The notes: a model not told the origin generated them from the sequence alone. A stretch of DNA of 56,569 bases from Moniliella sp. 'wahieum' (GCA_003971905.1 RSEE01000096.1:186001-242569); one strand, 5' to 3'; shown: positions 38,131-50,542, numbered from the stretch's first letter. Numbers and translations: made by a program.

Positions 38131-41100
38131 CTAGTGACGGTTTGTCGCGTCCGTCTCAATGTCGTAAGCCAACGCACGAACGTCCAGGGCAGGGTGGCAG
38201 CGGAGCGTGCGCACCAATTGGAGCGCGGCCGGGGACCAGAGGCAGAGCCGGCGTCGCCCGATGGCCCGCTTGACAACTTGCACAACCAAAGTACCATGGG
38301 TAGCGGACCGGGCCTGGAGCCAAGTGAGCACGGCGAGGAGACCGGGTGCGTCGGTGCGCATCTGGGCCGAGCGCAGCTGAGGGTCCCATGCTGGGAGCAC
38401 ATGGCCCATCAAGCCTGGCAGGCGAGCCAAGACGGTGGTCAGCGTGACTAGGACCACGGTAGGCTCCGGCGGCGTGGGTCCCGCGCGGCACAAAGAGACC
38501 AGAGCGTGGTCGGCGCCGGCTGCTCGGGCACCCCAGCCGAATCCAGGAGACCACGCCAGTCAACCAAGTGGGCCAGCAAGACGATCGTGTTACGCCCACG
38601 TATTCGCTGCCACTGGCCCAGGCCCGGATCCGCGTCCAGAGAGAGCCGCGAGGTTCTTGCTCCCACCGAACCATGGTCTTGAGGCAGGCCCAGCAGCCCC
38701 GTGTAGACTTCTCGGTCCTGCTCCAACTGCTGGCACAGGTGGTGCGTCAGAGCCTGCATCCTCCGCACCGCAGGCAAGTCGCACTCGGGCCCGGCGTTGT
38801 GCTCGGGATGTGCGGGACGGTGAGCAGCTGGGCCATTGTGGCACACAGTGTCTCTTGGCCTTGGGGCGACTTGGACAGGATCACCAGTGCCTTGATCGCC
38901 TCCTGCCAGACAAAGTGGCTCCGGCAGGAGAAGTTGGTGGCCGCGGTGCGCAAGACGGGGAAGGCCGGATTGAACGGCGCCCAGTGCTGCAGCGCGCGCA
39001 AGCCAGGAACCGCTACCCAGGTGTGCGTCGAGGCAGCGAGGGCGACCACGAGGGCGCCAAAGCGCTCCGCTGCTGCGTCATGGGCACGTGCGAGGGACGG
39101 GTGTGGGCGATCTGGCTGCGGATGGACAAGTGACGAGTCAACCGCTCTTGGCATCCACCTCTAGCTTTTGGCCGGCATTGGCCTCAATTTCCTCGGCAGA
39201 AGGAACGAGGGTCTGCTCTAGCATCGCCCATCCCTCCGGCAGTCCCAGAAGCTTCGTTCGGGCCATTCCGATGATCACTGCATGCACGTGGGGGTGCAGG
39301 TCCGACTTGGCCACCTGAGCCTGCAGCACCGCTGCCGCCTCCTGAAGGGGCAAGTACCGCGCTCCGATCCGCACGGCCGTCTTGCGACTGGATACCTTTG
39401 CGTTGCCCTCCAAGAGGGAGAGGACGAGGGGCTGGAGTTGCGAGATGGGAACGTGCTTCGCTGCTCGCTGGACAGCTGGCATGGCCGCCCGCGCTTGCTG
39501 ATCCGACGCATACGGCAGAAGGAGGTGCAGGTAGGACGGAGGAGAGCGCTGCTAGCGTCTGCTCAAAGAACGAACATGCTCTGGGCCCTTCAAGCCCTGC
39601 TGGACCAAAGACGCAACCAGCGCCAACCCCCCTGGGACGCGGCGGTGCGATGCAGCACTTGGTCCCGGTTGCGGTTGGGCTCGAGACTGGCCAGCGCGCG
39701 TTGGACCTGTGCCAGGAAAGAGTGGTTGTCTCGGGCGCCACGGCCCGGAGGGCACGGACAGTGCAGGGAAAGACCCATTCTGCCTTGTCCTTTTCTTCAG
39801 GTACAGCCCACAAGGCGCGGACCGAAGCACGCTGACCAAGAGCTCGGGATGAGCACGCGCCACCATATTGGCTACCGAGTCAATGGCGACAATCGACGGG
39901 TCATGCTCCACCAGTTCCGCAAGCCGAACTTGTCGCGTCTTCTTTGGCTTGAGGTAGAGATGAACGAGCCGCTGCGCATCCACTTTGTTGTCGTGCGAAT
40001 GGCACGGGAAAGCAAGTTCGAAAGCGTGTCGCACGCATTCGCACGGGCACCCAACCTCGTTACCAAAGTGATCAGAATGGTATATTCCCCTGGTCGACCA
40101 GCGTCTGTAGGTACGGCCCCAAGACCCGTCCGATCAATCCTTCCTTGCCTCGAGGAAAGGTTTGCGCGAGGTCGCGCGGATCGAAGTATTTCCTGGGCGC
40201 GCAATTTCTACCAGTTCCCTCGCCCACGTGATGACTTCTTCGTCCTCCCCGAACCAACCGACGATCCATAAGGCCAGATATAACAGCTCGTAGTACACGC
40301 CAGGCATGGCATCGGGGGCTTGAACGCGTCGATGGTCATCTGTTTGAGTGGGGACAAGGCTGCCTTTGACCATAGGTACGGTCGGAACGGACGGCGCGCG
40401 ATATCATGGATGGCCATAAAGCGCAGGGATGCCGCTCGTTCTGGATATGCTTGGCTCGAACATCGAGCATGGCAGCCCACCGTGCGGGATCGCCATCCGT
40501 CACAGCTGGGCACAGAGCCGGGCGTAACCTGAGCGGCGAACGGCCGGATCGGCTTCCGAAGAGCCAAGAGGACTTCTTGCTGCGCTCGGGAATCATGCGG
40601 AAGATAGCCGTAGGCTTAAACCGTTCCTTCGGATCCGTGGCGTGTTGCAGGACTTGCTGGGCCACTGGGTCCTCTCCCACGGGAAAAGAACTAAGGTCCC
40701 AGTCGGAGGGCATCGCGGTACAGGGCGGGGGATGAAGTGCTTCAACATAGCAAGGCGGACAGGGTGGGGCACGCTGTAAATCTCCGCCAAGGGCCGCAAT
40801 CTCTTGAGGGATGGGCCATTGTAGGTGAGAATAAGCCCGCGAGATCAACGGCACGGATCACACTAGTAGCCGCTTGCTTGGAGGCAAGGTGACCAGCCCT
40901 GCATCATATAGTGCACCATCCCCCAGGCTCGGCCCGGAAGAGCTCCGACAGGCAGCCTCGTAGGCTCGAGGGGAAATCCCAGGGGTCAAGTCGACCAGGT
41001 CGAGAACTTTGGCGGCCACGTCGGGGGGCGATAGGATTGCTTGACGAGCGCCGTCAAACTCGGACCAAAGAGTTTCCACCAGGCGCGGAAGATATGTCTT

Positions 41101-41669
41101 GACTGGTAAGATGGACCCGGTTCTGGGCCAGCACTTCAAGGAAAACGGTGGGGTGCAATGTGGAAAGGGGCGCCAGTGGGAATCCTCACAGGCGATGGTG
41201 AGCAGTTCAGGGAGGTAGCGACTCACCACAGGGGCACTGCAGTGGGGGAACAGTGAGCGCGGCCGAGTTGCCCCATGTGGCGCGTACGCTGGGGAAAAGC
41301 TGTTCAGCAAGACGCGGACGGTGGGAAAGACCGGTGTGCCAAAGAGCATGGCGTGTACGCCAGGACAGGTCGCCCTGAAGCGCCGTGGCAATGGCCTGGT
41401 CGGACACGCGCGGCGGCGTAGCAGCGCGAGAGCAAGGCGCTGGATGTGGGGGTCGGGGTGGGAAAGATGGGCGTGGATCCAGGCTGTGTTGTGCACGGCG
41501 CAAGCGCGATGGCGGCCATGTATTGCTGGTCCGCATCGCCGTCTTGGAGCTGATCGATGAATGCCTGTTGCTGGCCTGGTGCGAGGGCGGACGGTGCGGA
41601 CGGCGTGAGCGATACGCTCGGCGGGGTGCAGTTGGGGAGGGGGGAGAGAGGGGGGACGGCAGCGGACAT
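38131..41669 (-). CDS. Large (~1,180 codon) uncharacterised alpha-helical (HEAT/ARM-like) protein, many frameshifts
   Basis: Protein-like ORF fragments from MSAAVPPLSP (41669) through NAKVSSRKTAVRIGARYL..DLHPHVHAVII to WSPAALQLVRTLRCHPALDVRALAYDI..* (38131). Confidence 0.7.
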
Positions 41670-41989
41670 GGCGGTGGCGCGGCGCGGCGGAGAGGATGGG
41701 GTGGAGGGTGGAGACGGCGGGACAGCCGCCGGAGAAAGAGCGACGGTGGATATAACACCCTCGTGGGCGTCGCAGCCAGCCGGTCGCGGCCACATGGAGG
41801 GACAGGCGGGAGGGGGATTGGAAGAACGTCGCGACTGTGACGACTCGGATGATTAGGATGGCTATAGAATGGCTAGGATGATCGATGACAAGGGATCACG
41901 CCCTGGGTCGATCCAGTTCAGTGGAGCACGCGGAGGACTGGATGACCGAATGACGTCGAGAGTGACTAGAGTGACTCGATGAAGGTGGG

Positions 41990-42010
41990 GTTCAACGTTC
42001 AACGTTCAAC
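41990..42010. repeat. Quasi-palindromic heptamer array (GTTCAAC)3
   Basis: gttcaac gttcaac gttcaac. Confidence 0.9.
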
Positions 42011-42930
42011 CTGTATTGGATACTCGATCGCTGCGCTCCGCCTGAGCCCTTTTCCTTTTCCCTGGCTTTGCATTTGCATTTGCGTTTGCCTTTGTTACTC
42101 GCCCGTCTGGCTTTTGGCCCAATAACGTCAGCCAGTCGACCTAAGATCATCGAGTCTGCATCATCACCTTGTGTTAGGCCTGAGGCTCAGGACGAACACT
42201 TTTTGCCACTCTACCTTTTTTGCCACCGCAGTGGCAAAAAGATCCGGATCACCCAGGCACAGGAATGCCTTTGGGGTGGACTGCACTGGAGTGCGCCTCC
42301 TCTGCTGCCGCGAACCACAGCCGGGCAGACTGCGGGGCAATCTGCAAGGTCTCGGCCTGAACGCCAAGATCATCACCATACCCTACGATTCAAGAGCTTC
42401 CCTTTCGGCCCTTTCCCCCCCCGGTTTGTCGTCCCCTATGATTGCATCCAGGGTACAATATGCTGCCGAGAAGATAACTGGATGTTCCCAGCCGATTCCA
42501 TCACTCTCCCCTGTGTTAATTTCGCTGTTAATTCACTGGGCCACACTCAGGTGGCTCCCCCAGCTATATGAAATGACAGTCCTATTCTCACACGATGTAT
42601 CGCAGCCATGGTTCTCATCCTTGTGACGAAGGATTTTCCTCGCTCCATGGAGACTGTAGTGCCCAAGTACCACTAGTGTGACTACGCAAAAAAAGATCCG
42701 AAGCAGCGAGGAATGACCATTGCTTCCGATCGTGCAAGGCATAGGGACCGCACATGGACACCAAAGCGGAATATGGGCATAGTATGCGCTGGCTGGGCCA
42801 GCGATTTTGGGAACGAGAGAGATACACGCCTCCCCAACCAGACAGGGACCAAAAGCAACCGAAGCAGAAAAACGAGCAGGCGACGTGGCGCTCGTTTTCG
42901 GTTTGGTCCAAGCACCACGACAGCCAGAGC

Positions 42931-43955
42931 TTAGTTGGCAGCCTCGCGCTGAGCACGGCGCTGGTCACGCTCCTCGGTGATGGTGAGCTTGATGCCGCCG
43001 CCGCGGGGGAGGGAGATCAAGTGCTGGCCGTCGTTGCCAGTGATGAAGATGTTGCCAATGCGGGTGGAGAACTCACGGCCGATCGGGTCGCGGACATGGA
43101 CAATGTCAAAGCCACCAGGGTGCGAGTCGCGACCAAGATCACGCCGACACGACCTTGGTTACGTCCGCCAGTGGCCATGACCGAGGCACCCTGCTGGAAC
43201 TTGACATCTCCTCCAGCTTGTTTCTCAACCAGGTTGAACTTGATCGAGTCACCAGCCTTGACGTCCGGGTCCGGGTAGCGGATGGTGCGGCCGTCGTGGG
43301 TGACAATGTGGGGCACGCCGCGCGGGCCGAGCTCTGCACGCTTGACCTTGAGCAGCTTGTAGGCAGCCTCCTCGGGAGCAATGCGGTGGACCACAAAGCG
43401 GCCCTTGACGTCGTAGAGGATGCGGAAGTACTCGCCCGACTTTTCAATGCTAATCACGTCCTAAAGCCCGTGGGGTAGGTAATGTCGGTGCGCACCTTGT
43501 TGTCCACCTTGATCAGGCGCTGTTGGACAATCGTGTTGACCTCCCGGCCGTTCAGCGCGTACTTCAACCGGTTCCGCAGCAGAACCTACATCCCAGCCAA
43601 TCGCGTCAGTATTCCACGTGTGCCAAAGAAGTTGCCAGAGAAGTGAAGGTGGGAGGGGGGAGCAAAGAGGAGCATGCAAGGCCAGGAGGAGGCTCAGACA
43701 AGACATCGAAAGAAGTGCGCCACGAGGATCGGAAAGCCATGCATGATGTGGTAGAAAATCGCATCACCGTCCCTCCTGGGGCCAAGCAGCGCGGGTGGGA
43801 GAAGGCAGGGAGGAAAGACGTACAACCATGGGCAGGCTCTCGCGCAGCTTGTGGGGGCCGTGCTGGGGCGCGGGCGTACACGCCGCCGAGCTTGTCGAGC
43901 ATCCATCTCGAGGCGCTGCGAGGCGCTTGAGGTGCTTGCGGGGGCCACGGACCAT
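42931..43955 (-). CDS. RPS4: 40S ribosomal protein S4 (eS4)
   Basis: [39 protein letters not shown] across intron 43823-43586, [42 protein letters not shown]. Confidence 0.97.
43682..43779 (-). ncRNA. Intronic box C/D snoRNA, predicted guide for 18S rRNA C49 (S. cerevisiae numbering)
   Basis: C box GTGATGC (43767-43761), D' CCGA (43732-43729), D box CTGA (43697-43694), 8-bp terminal stem CCAGGAGG/CCTCCTGG, and 12-nt guide CATGCATGGCTT (43745-43734) complementary to 18S AAGCCAUGCAUG. Confidence 0.85.
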
Positions 43956-43974
43956 GGTGGGCTACAGTCGACAG

Positions 43975-44050
43975 CTGGAGGCGTGGGTGGGGGCGGGGGG
44001 GGCAGGCAGCGTCAGCACCGACGGTCGGGGCAGCAGGACAGGAGACGCAC
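43975..44050 (-). other. Probable 5'-UTR intron of RPS4
   Basis: GTGCGT donor at 44050, GCTGAC branch site, pyrimidine tract and CAG acceptor at 43975, 19 nt before the ATG. Confidence 0.7.
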
Positions 44051-44120
44051 TTGCTGGTGGGTGGGCAGCAGACGCGCCAGCACGGCCCGCAGCGGGGGCG
44101 CTGTGCTGGGGGCGCACCCA

Positions 44121-44201
44121 CACTAGGGTTGCCCGCTGGGTCGCACTGCGCAGGCAGGCACCTGCCGCAGCTGGCGTGCGCAATAATCCCCCACTAGGGT
44201 T
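44121..44201 (-). promoter_or_regulatory. Two AACCCTAGTG (telo-box/Tbf1-like) sites upstream of RPS4
   Basis: CACTAGGGTT on + strand at 44121-44130 and 44192-44201. Confidence 0.6.
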
Positions 44202-44680
44202 CGCCTCTGTGTGTTTGTGTGGAAAGATGCCCGTTTGAACAATAGGGATGCAGGGGGCCCAGTTGCAAGTTTCCATTCCTGCGGCGGCCGATTACACACA
44301 CCTCACATGTGATGACCCTTGCCACATGTTGCCACTCGTCACAGCGGTCTGCGCCTGATGGGGTGACGTCATCCGCCTTAATTTTTCAGCAGCCAGGGTC
44401 GTGCCAAGCAGCGGAGGGGTGCGCACGGGGGCAGCCATTGTGACGGCCGCTGCCCGGACTTACCTTTTTGGGGGGAGGCTGGGATATGGCAGGATATGGC
44501 CCCACTATCGTCTCTGGCCCCCGGCGATCCGGCCTGCTGCTACGGGGCCAGTGGGCGGTGGGAGTGTGTGGCACCAGGGGGCAGCAGCACGTGCGGACCA
44601 GCAGGCCTGGCCCTGGTGTCGCTGGCTGCCTGGCCAGTCTGGCGCTTGCGCGGCCGCTGCGCGAGGCATGCGTCATGGTG

Positions 44681-44701
44681 AGTCACTAGTCACTAGTCAC
44701 T
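44681..44701. repeat. Quasi-palindromic heptamer array (AGTCACT)3
   Basis: agtcact agtcact agtcact. Confidence 0.9.
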
Positions 44702-45765
44702 GGTGGCGAGGAGCCGCGTGGTGGCCGTCTGTGGCCAACCCACCCGGCCCCTTCCTCCATTCCCCCGCCCTCGTATCGGGTGAGGGAAATTTGGAATGGA
44801 GCGGGCTGGGGCCGAGGGGCTGAGGCTCGGGCTGGCTCGACTGGGGCGGCCGGTGGCGGGCGATGGCGGGTGCTGACGCTGACGCGCTGAACGTTGCGAT
44901 TGCTATTGCATGTTGAACCGGGACGCCGATGGCGATGGCGATGGCGGCGGATTCGATGGGGCAGCGGGCAGAGGCGGGCAGCGGGCAGCGGGGCGCGGAG
45001 CAGTGTGGGCGGCAGGGAGCGGTGCGAGACCGGGTGGTGGTTGCGCACAGTGGCGCCCGGCGGGCCTGGCGGGGGCTGAGCTGGGCCGGCTGGCTCGGCT
45101 GGCTCGGCTGGTGCTGGCCAGGCGCGGCAACGGCCTGGGCCGGGCCGCAGCCGCACACGGCTGCTTTGCCGCGCTGTCTGAGAGACGCCGATGCGGGTGC
45201 ACACCCAGCCAGTGTCCGTGCCAGCACGCTGCCCGCCCCCCCGCGTGCTGTGATTCACCGCTTAGACACCCCCAGCCCCATCGCAGCCGTCGCACAGCAC
45301 CGCACCGCAGCCCCCCGCCGCCCGAGATTCGATCCCGAGCACAAGAGCCGATCCTCCTGCCTCCCAACCACCATCTGCTGTTGGGGTAGCCGCCACCGCC
45401 ACCACCGCCGCTCCCAGCGCCACCGCCGCCCACCCCACCTTCCCCCGCCTGCTGCGCCGTCTGCCCCTGCCTCTCTGCGCGCTGGCCATGGGCTTGCCCG
45501 CTGCCCCCCCACCACCGCCCGCCACCAGCCCCCTCGATCGCCGTCTGCTCGGCATCATGTGTCCCGCCTTGTCCGCCTGACGCCCCCGCGTCCCTCCCCA
45601 CACCTCCCCGCGGCTCCGTTTGCGTGGCCCAGACTGCATTTCATCCCCGCCGGCCTCGCCATCGCCCCCGTCTTCCTCTCGGCCCCGACTCGGAGGCTCC
45701 TCACCCGCGCTTACCCCCCACACCACCTTACACTTGCCTCTCCTACCCACCCGCCCTCACCCAAT

Positions 45766-48700
45766 ATGCCCCCCGCTCACCTTAGCATGGAAGATCTTGC
45801 GTCCGACGACGACATTCTTTCCGACATTCTCATCGAGTGCGTCGCCCCCCCCCCCTTGCTCTGCACGGCAGACATTGGTGCTGACGTTTACTCCAGCCAT
45901 CTCGAGTGGGAAACCCCCATTTCAACCCTAAGATGAGCCCAACCTACCGCTCGGCCCGCGTCGATAGCAAAGAGGTCTCGGTCATCGTCCGCAAATGGTG
46001 TGTCGAGAAGCAGGACGTCAAGGGTGCTGTGGATCAGTGTCCCAGTATGTATATCTTTCTTGCTCCTACCCGCGCTCTTGCGTTCTGTTGATTGCAGCGT
46101 CCACTAACCTCATTTCCCATTAGGCTCAAGGTCGTTCAGCGCTACCTCGCTTCCAAGTCCCTCAAACAGAAGTGCGCCTTTCGTGCCCACATGGAGCGGT
46201 ATCTTGAATGCTACCTCCCCAACAGCGGAATCGAATTTGCCTTGACGATGCGGTACAACAGTCACCCAGTGCGCCCCTCCGTTCGCGTCGCCACAAAGCG
46301 ATCGCTCACCTCCAGGCCATTCATGCTGGCACCTCCCCATTAGAGAATGGAAATCAGGCCCTGTCGGATGGAGAGTCCCACATCCACCACCGGATGCACC
46401 TCCCTCCCCTCATCACTCGGACACACACCGAATCGCCTGGCATGCTTCTCTCCAAGGCGGATCTCTGTGTCCTGGCCACACACGAGTTTAGCCCCGGAGA
46501 GATCCTGCATGCCTGCCGGGGTGGCATTGCCGACTTATCCAAGGATGAAGAACAATTGCGGGGCGATGCAGCCAGCAACGTTCCATTAAGCACCCTGTCG
46601 CCTCTTCCAAGCCCCCCTCAACCCGTTCCTCTGCATCGAGCTCAGGTGGAGCTTATCGCACCCAAGGCCTTCTTGGGGCCGGCCGGGACTTTTCCGTGAT
46701 CCGATCGGCCCGCAAGGGCTGTTCGCAACTCTTCTTGGGGCCCGCTCGCTTTGTCAATCACGATTGCGAGCCCAACGTTGAGTTTTACCGAATAGGCAAC
46801 CAAATGGCCTTTCGTTGTATTCGCCCCATTCGCGTCAACGAGGAGATTGTTACCTATTATGGCGACAATTACTTTGACGGGCAATGCAGAGTGCTTGTGC
46901 GCCAGTTGCGAAGCACACCAACGAGGTGCATTTGCTCCTGCCGAGGCCGGCAACGCTGTCCCATAAAGGATGACTCCCTCGACATGTCCAGCAAGGAAGA
47001 GGATGCCTCGAACCACGAGTCCATTGCCGAGAGGGCGTCCCGGCGGCATTCAGCCGCACAACTTTCTCCTCCCCCCCCCAGTACTTCGACTCAATGCGTC
47101 GAGTGGGAACAAGTCAAGTACGCTCCTGAGAATAGCAACACCAAGGACGGCCACATCACGCGTAAACTGCTGGATGAGCCCGAAGCTTTAATGGAAAGCG
47201 CTGGAGGCGGCAATACCGGCCCCGAACGCGTATGCCTGACTTGCCGCGCTCACTTTTGGTCCAAGAGTCGTGGTGGACGCAAGAGGAATGCACAAGGTGC
47301 GAACGCCACTACAAGATTTTCAAGGCTGATTGGCCTGGACGAATACCGACTGAGGGATTGATTGCGCGGTCCAGGGGAAAGAAGCCCCTGCAGCGGCCAG
47401 ATCAGGTGCGCGCGTCTCGGCTCGACTCTACGTCTGCGACCACTGTTCGCCAAATTGGGAGCACGAAGCCCCAGCTCTCCTCTCGTTCTCGGACTTCCCT
47501 CTCGTCTCGTGGCACCCATTTGCCCTCCGATGGGCCGACGCTGCGCGTTCAGATAGTAGTGCCGCCTCGCGGGACGGGACCCCCGTTGTGCTCACACCTC
47601 TCCGTAGCTTGGAGAACCCTGACTACGAACCAGATGAGCTTCCTCAGTCCACGAAGCGAAGGAAAGTAAGCCCGAGGCCCACGGAAACCACCGAAACGTC
47701 GCCTCACCCTGCTGCTCCCTTGGTCTCTCTCGCTCTCCCCACCATCCTCCTTCTCGAACCCCTACCCCGCATGCTGCTTCCACCAGTAGCACTGTCAGCA
47801 CAGGCTCCACTACCTCGGCTACCACTGCTCATTTCACACCGCCGCAGCTCCACTCCCGACACGCTCGCCGTGGTCGCGCGTCTGAGGCCACCGGCAGTAC
47901 CTCGCATGACAAGTCGGCCCGCCCACCACCCCCCAAGTCGAAGCGGACTTTGGACGCTCCCGACCTCTCCTTTCTCCCTCCCACACTGGGCCCTGAACAG
48001 GCGTCTACGTCAGCCGTAACATTGCCCCCCACAATGCCGGCCGACAGTCCAAGGTTGGAGAGGGCGAACGAGTCGGAAGATTCTGACCCGGCGTGGGAAG
48101 CTTCAGAGTTGGGCTCCTCTGAGGAGGAGGCCGGCCTGAGGCGAGAAACCTGCACCGCATGCCAACCCAAGAAGAGTCGGTCTATTCCTTCCTCTTCGCG
48201 TCGAGGCCGGCGTTCGCAGGCCGGCGTTGGACGAAAGTAGAAGCTGGTGCCGATGTTGATGTCGATGCCGAAATGGAAGCGGAGGAGCGAAATCTGATGC
48301 CAGGTCCGACGCTTCCCTTTCGGCCGGATCTTTTTTCCGATTCATCCGACACCAATCTCGGTCCCAAGATGCTGGGCAAACAGGCCACGACCGATGCCTT
48401 GGCCCAGCATTGGGGTGCGCCTGAGGAGACGGGCCGATTGCGGAGGCGAGCTGCGATGCCGCCTCACCGCCCCAGGCGCTGTACACTTACGCCTCTGGTC
48501 CGACCGACCTACCGCGTAGATCCAAAGGATTCCCCTGGTCCGCCTTCCCAGCCCAAAGCGCGCAGCTCTCTCCCTCCTGGCCATCGACGCACGCCCTCTG
48601 CGTCGGTAGGGCGCCACCGGCGGACGCTCCTCGGCTGCCGCGTCGGATCGCAGTGTAGGCGGCCAGACGAGGCGCTTGGCTAGCGAGGTGGTGCGTGTGA

Positions 48701-50118
48701 AGCAAGAAGACGAGGAGGTTCAGGAGGACGTGGCTCTTGGCCCCACGCGACCGCGCAAGAAACTTCGGATTTCCGAGAGCCAAGAGTCGGACGCAGCGGC
48801 GTCTGCGGCTGTTGTCGCACATGCGTCCCATTCCCCCAAGCCCACGCCTGGCAGTCGCGAACCTGGTTCGCCTATCGCCGTCCAGGGGGACCGACGCAAT
48901 GGCCCTCTGCCTTCTTCTCACTTGCCTGCCATTGCGAGAAGAGAAGACGAAGGCGCACGTGCCCGAGTCCTTGACGGCATCTTCCTTTGCCCTGTCCGAC
49001 TCGGACTCGGACTCGGGCCCAATCTCGTCCTCTGCATCGTCCTCGACCGAGGCGTCAGAGGCAAGGGCAAGCGTCGTGTGTGCGTCGTAGTCGTTCGACC
49101 GCCGTCGACGCGGTCAATCCCGAGATTGAGACTAAGGGCTCAGCACGAACCAGTTTCAATAACCTCTCCCTCGCCTGGACCGCCGGCATGGGCTCCAAAC
49201 GCGCCCGCAAGACCGCTCGCTTGGATCCCGTCTTGCTCGCTTCCCCGCAGCTGGGACCACGCAAGCCCCGTACGTCCCGCGTCATTCTCGCTCCGCCTCG
49301 GCCTCGGCTTTCAAGGATAAGGACAGTCCAGCTCCGTCCCCTGCTTCTCGCCTGGCGAATGCTAATACCAAAGCCAATGCCAATGGGAATGGGACCCCTG
49401 GTCCCCAAGGATCCCAGGGACCCCAGGAACCGCACCCGCAGGGACGCGACAGCCCATCGGTTCCCCCCCGCTTTGGCGGGGTGGAAGCTGAGTCCAAGCC
49501 CAGTAGGGTCAAGGGGAGACGGTGTCTCCTGCGTCGTGGCTGCGCCAACGCCCGCACCGGTGTCTGCTGCCCCGCCACGGACACTGAACATCAAGGACGA
49601 ATTGCCGGACGGCCCTCCTCCCCCACTTGTGCCCAACTCGATTTCGCGCGCCTCGCTTCGCCGTCGATTGCTTCCTCCTGTACTTCCGGTGCAGGTCGGC
49701 ATGATTCACCCACCTCTGTACCTGATCCCACCCCTCCTCCTCTTACTCTCCCTCCTGCCCCTTCCTCTACCTCGTCCACTGCGGGCGCTACGGGCACTAC
49801 GGGCGCTACGGTGCGTATTCGGCGCAACCTACGCTGGGGCCGGAAAAAGAGCTCGTTCGCACGTCCTTTGCCTGCTTGCACGCCCCTGCCTCCCACCCAC
49901 TTGCCCCATATGCCTCACCCGGACGTGACGTGTCCGCCGGACGTGCAGGCGCGCCTCAGCACGCTCGTCGAGAGACAAGAGCGGCGCTTGGCTTCCCCAG
50001 CTTCGGTCTCGGTCTCGGTCGACCCCGCCAAGGACGCCGAGGCAGGCGAGACGCGCGTCGTCGGCCCCCCGCTTCCCTGCCTCTCTCGGCCCAGGCCTCG
50101 CCGTCGGCCCGGGCGTAG
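45766..50118 (+). CDS. SET9: Histone H4-K20 methyltransferase (Set9/Suv4-20 family) with long low-complexity C-terminus; 3' end approximate
   Basis: MEDLASDDDILSDILI, HMERYLECYLPNSGIEF, DFSVIRSARKGCSQLFLGPARFVNHDCEPN, EEIVTYYGDNYF, ECLCASCE post-SET; introns 45837-45896 and 46045-46123. Confidence 0.9.
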
Positions 50119-50542
50119 TGGCAAACCAGTTGCGCTGTCGTTTCCCATTGTCTGTTTGCCTGTTGCACTGCCCGTCGCGCCAGCATGTTCGGGTGAGCTG
50201 TTTCTCTCTCGTTCGCCCTGTCTCCCTCTCGTGGCGGTGGATGGGAGGCGCAGGTGCGATCCCCGCAATTCCACAGATGTGCATGCTTGCTGCGTTGGTT
50301 GGTTCGGGGCGTGGTAGCTTGGATAGGCCGCTGGGCTGGCTGTGACGTGTGGCATCACACGCACACGACACGTGACAGGTGTGAAAGGCGCGGGCGGGTG
50401 ACGTCAGGGCACGGCGGGGGCTAGGGTTGGGCGGGGTGCTGTCCCGAGGCGCAGGCTGGCTGAGCCTCCATCTGAGCTCAAGCTGAGCCAGCGTCGCCAC
50501 GGCTGCCCACACCGCCTGCCCCCATTAACCCCCCCACGCCCC

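Noticed and set aside
2646..44701. Restriction-site-like hexamers (AAGCTT, AGATCT, AGTACT, ACTAGT and others) as vector polylinker or CRISPR repeats
   Set aside because: They are dispersed, degenerate and tandem with 1-nt spacers; there is no vector backbone, repeat-spacer structure or cas gene.
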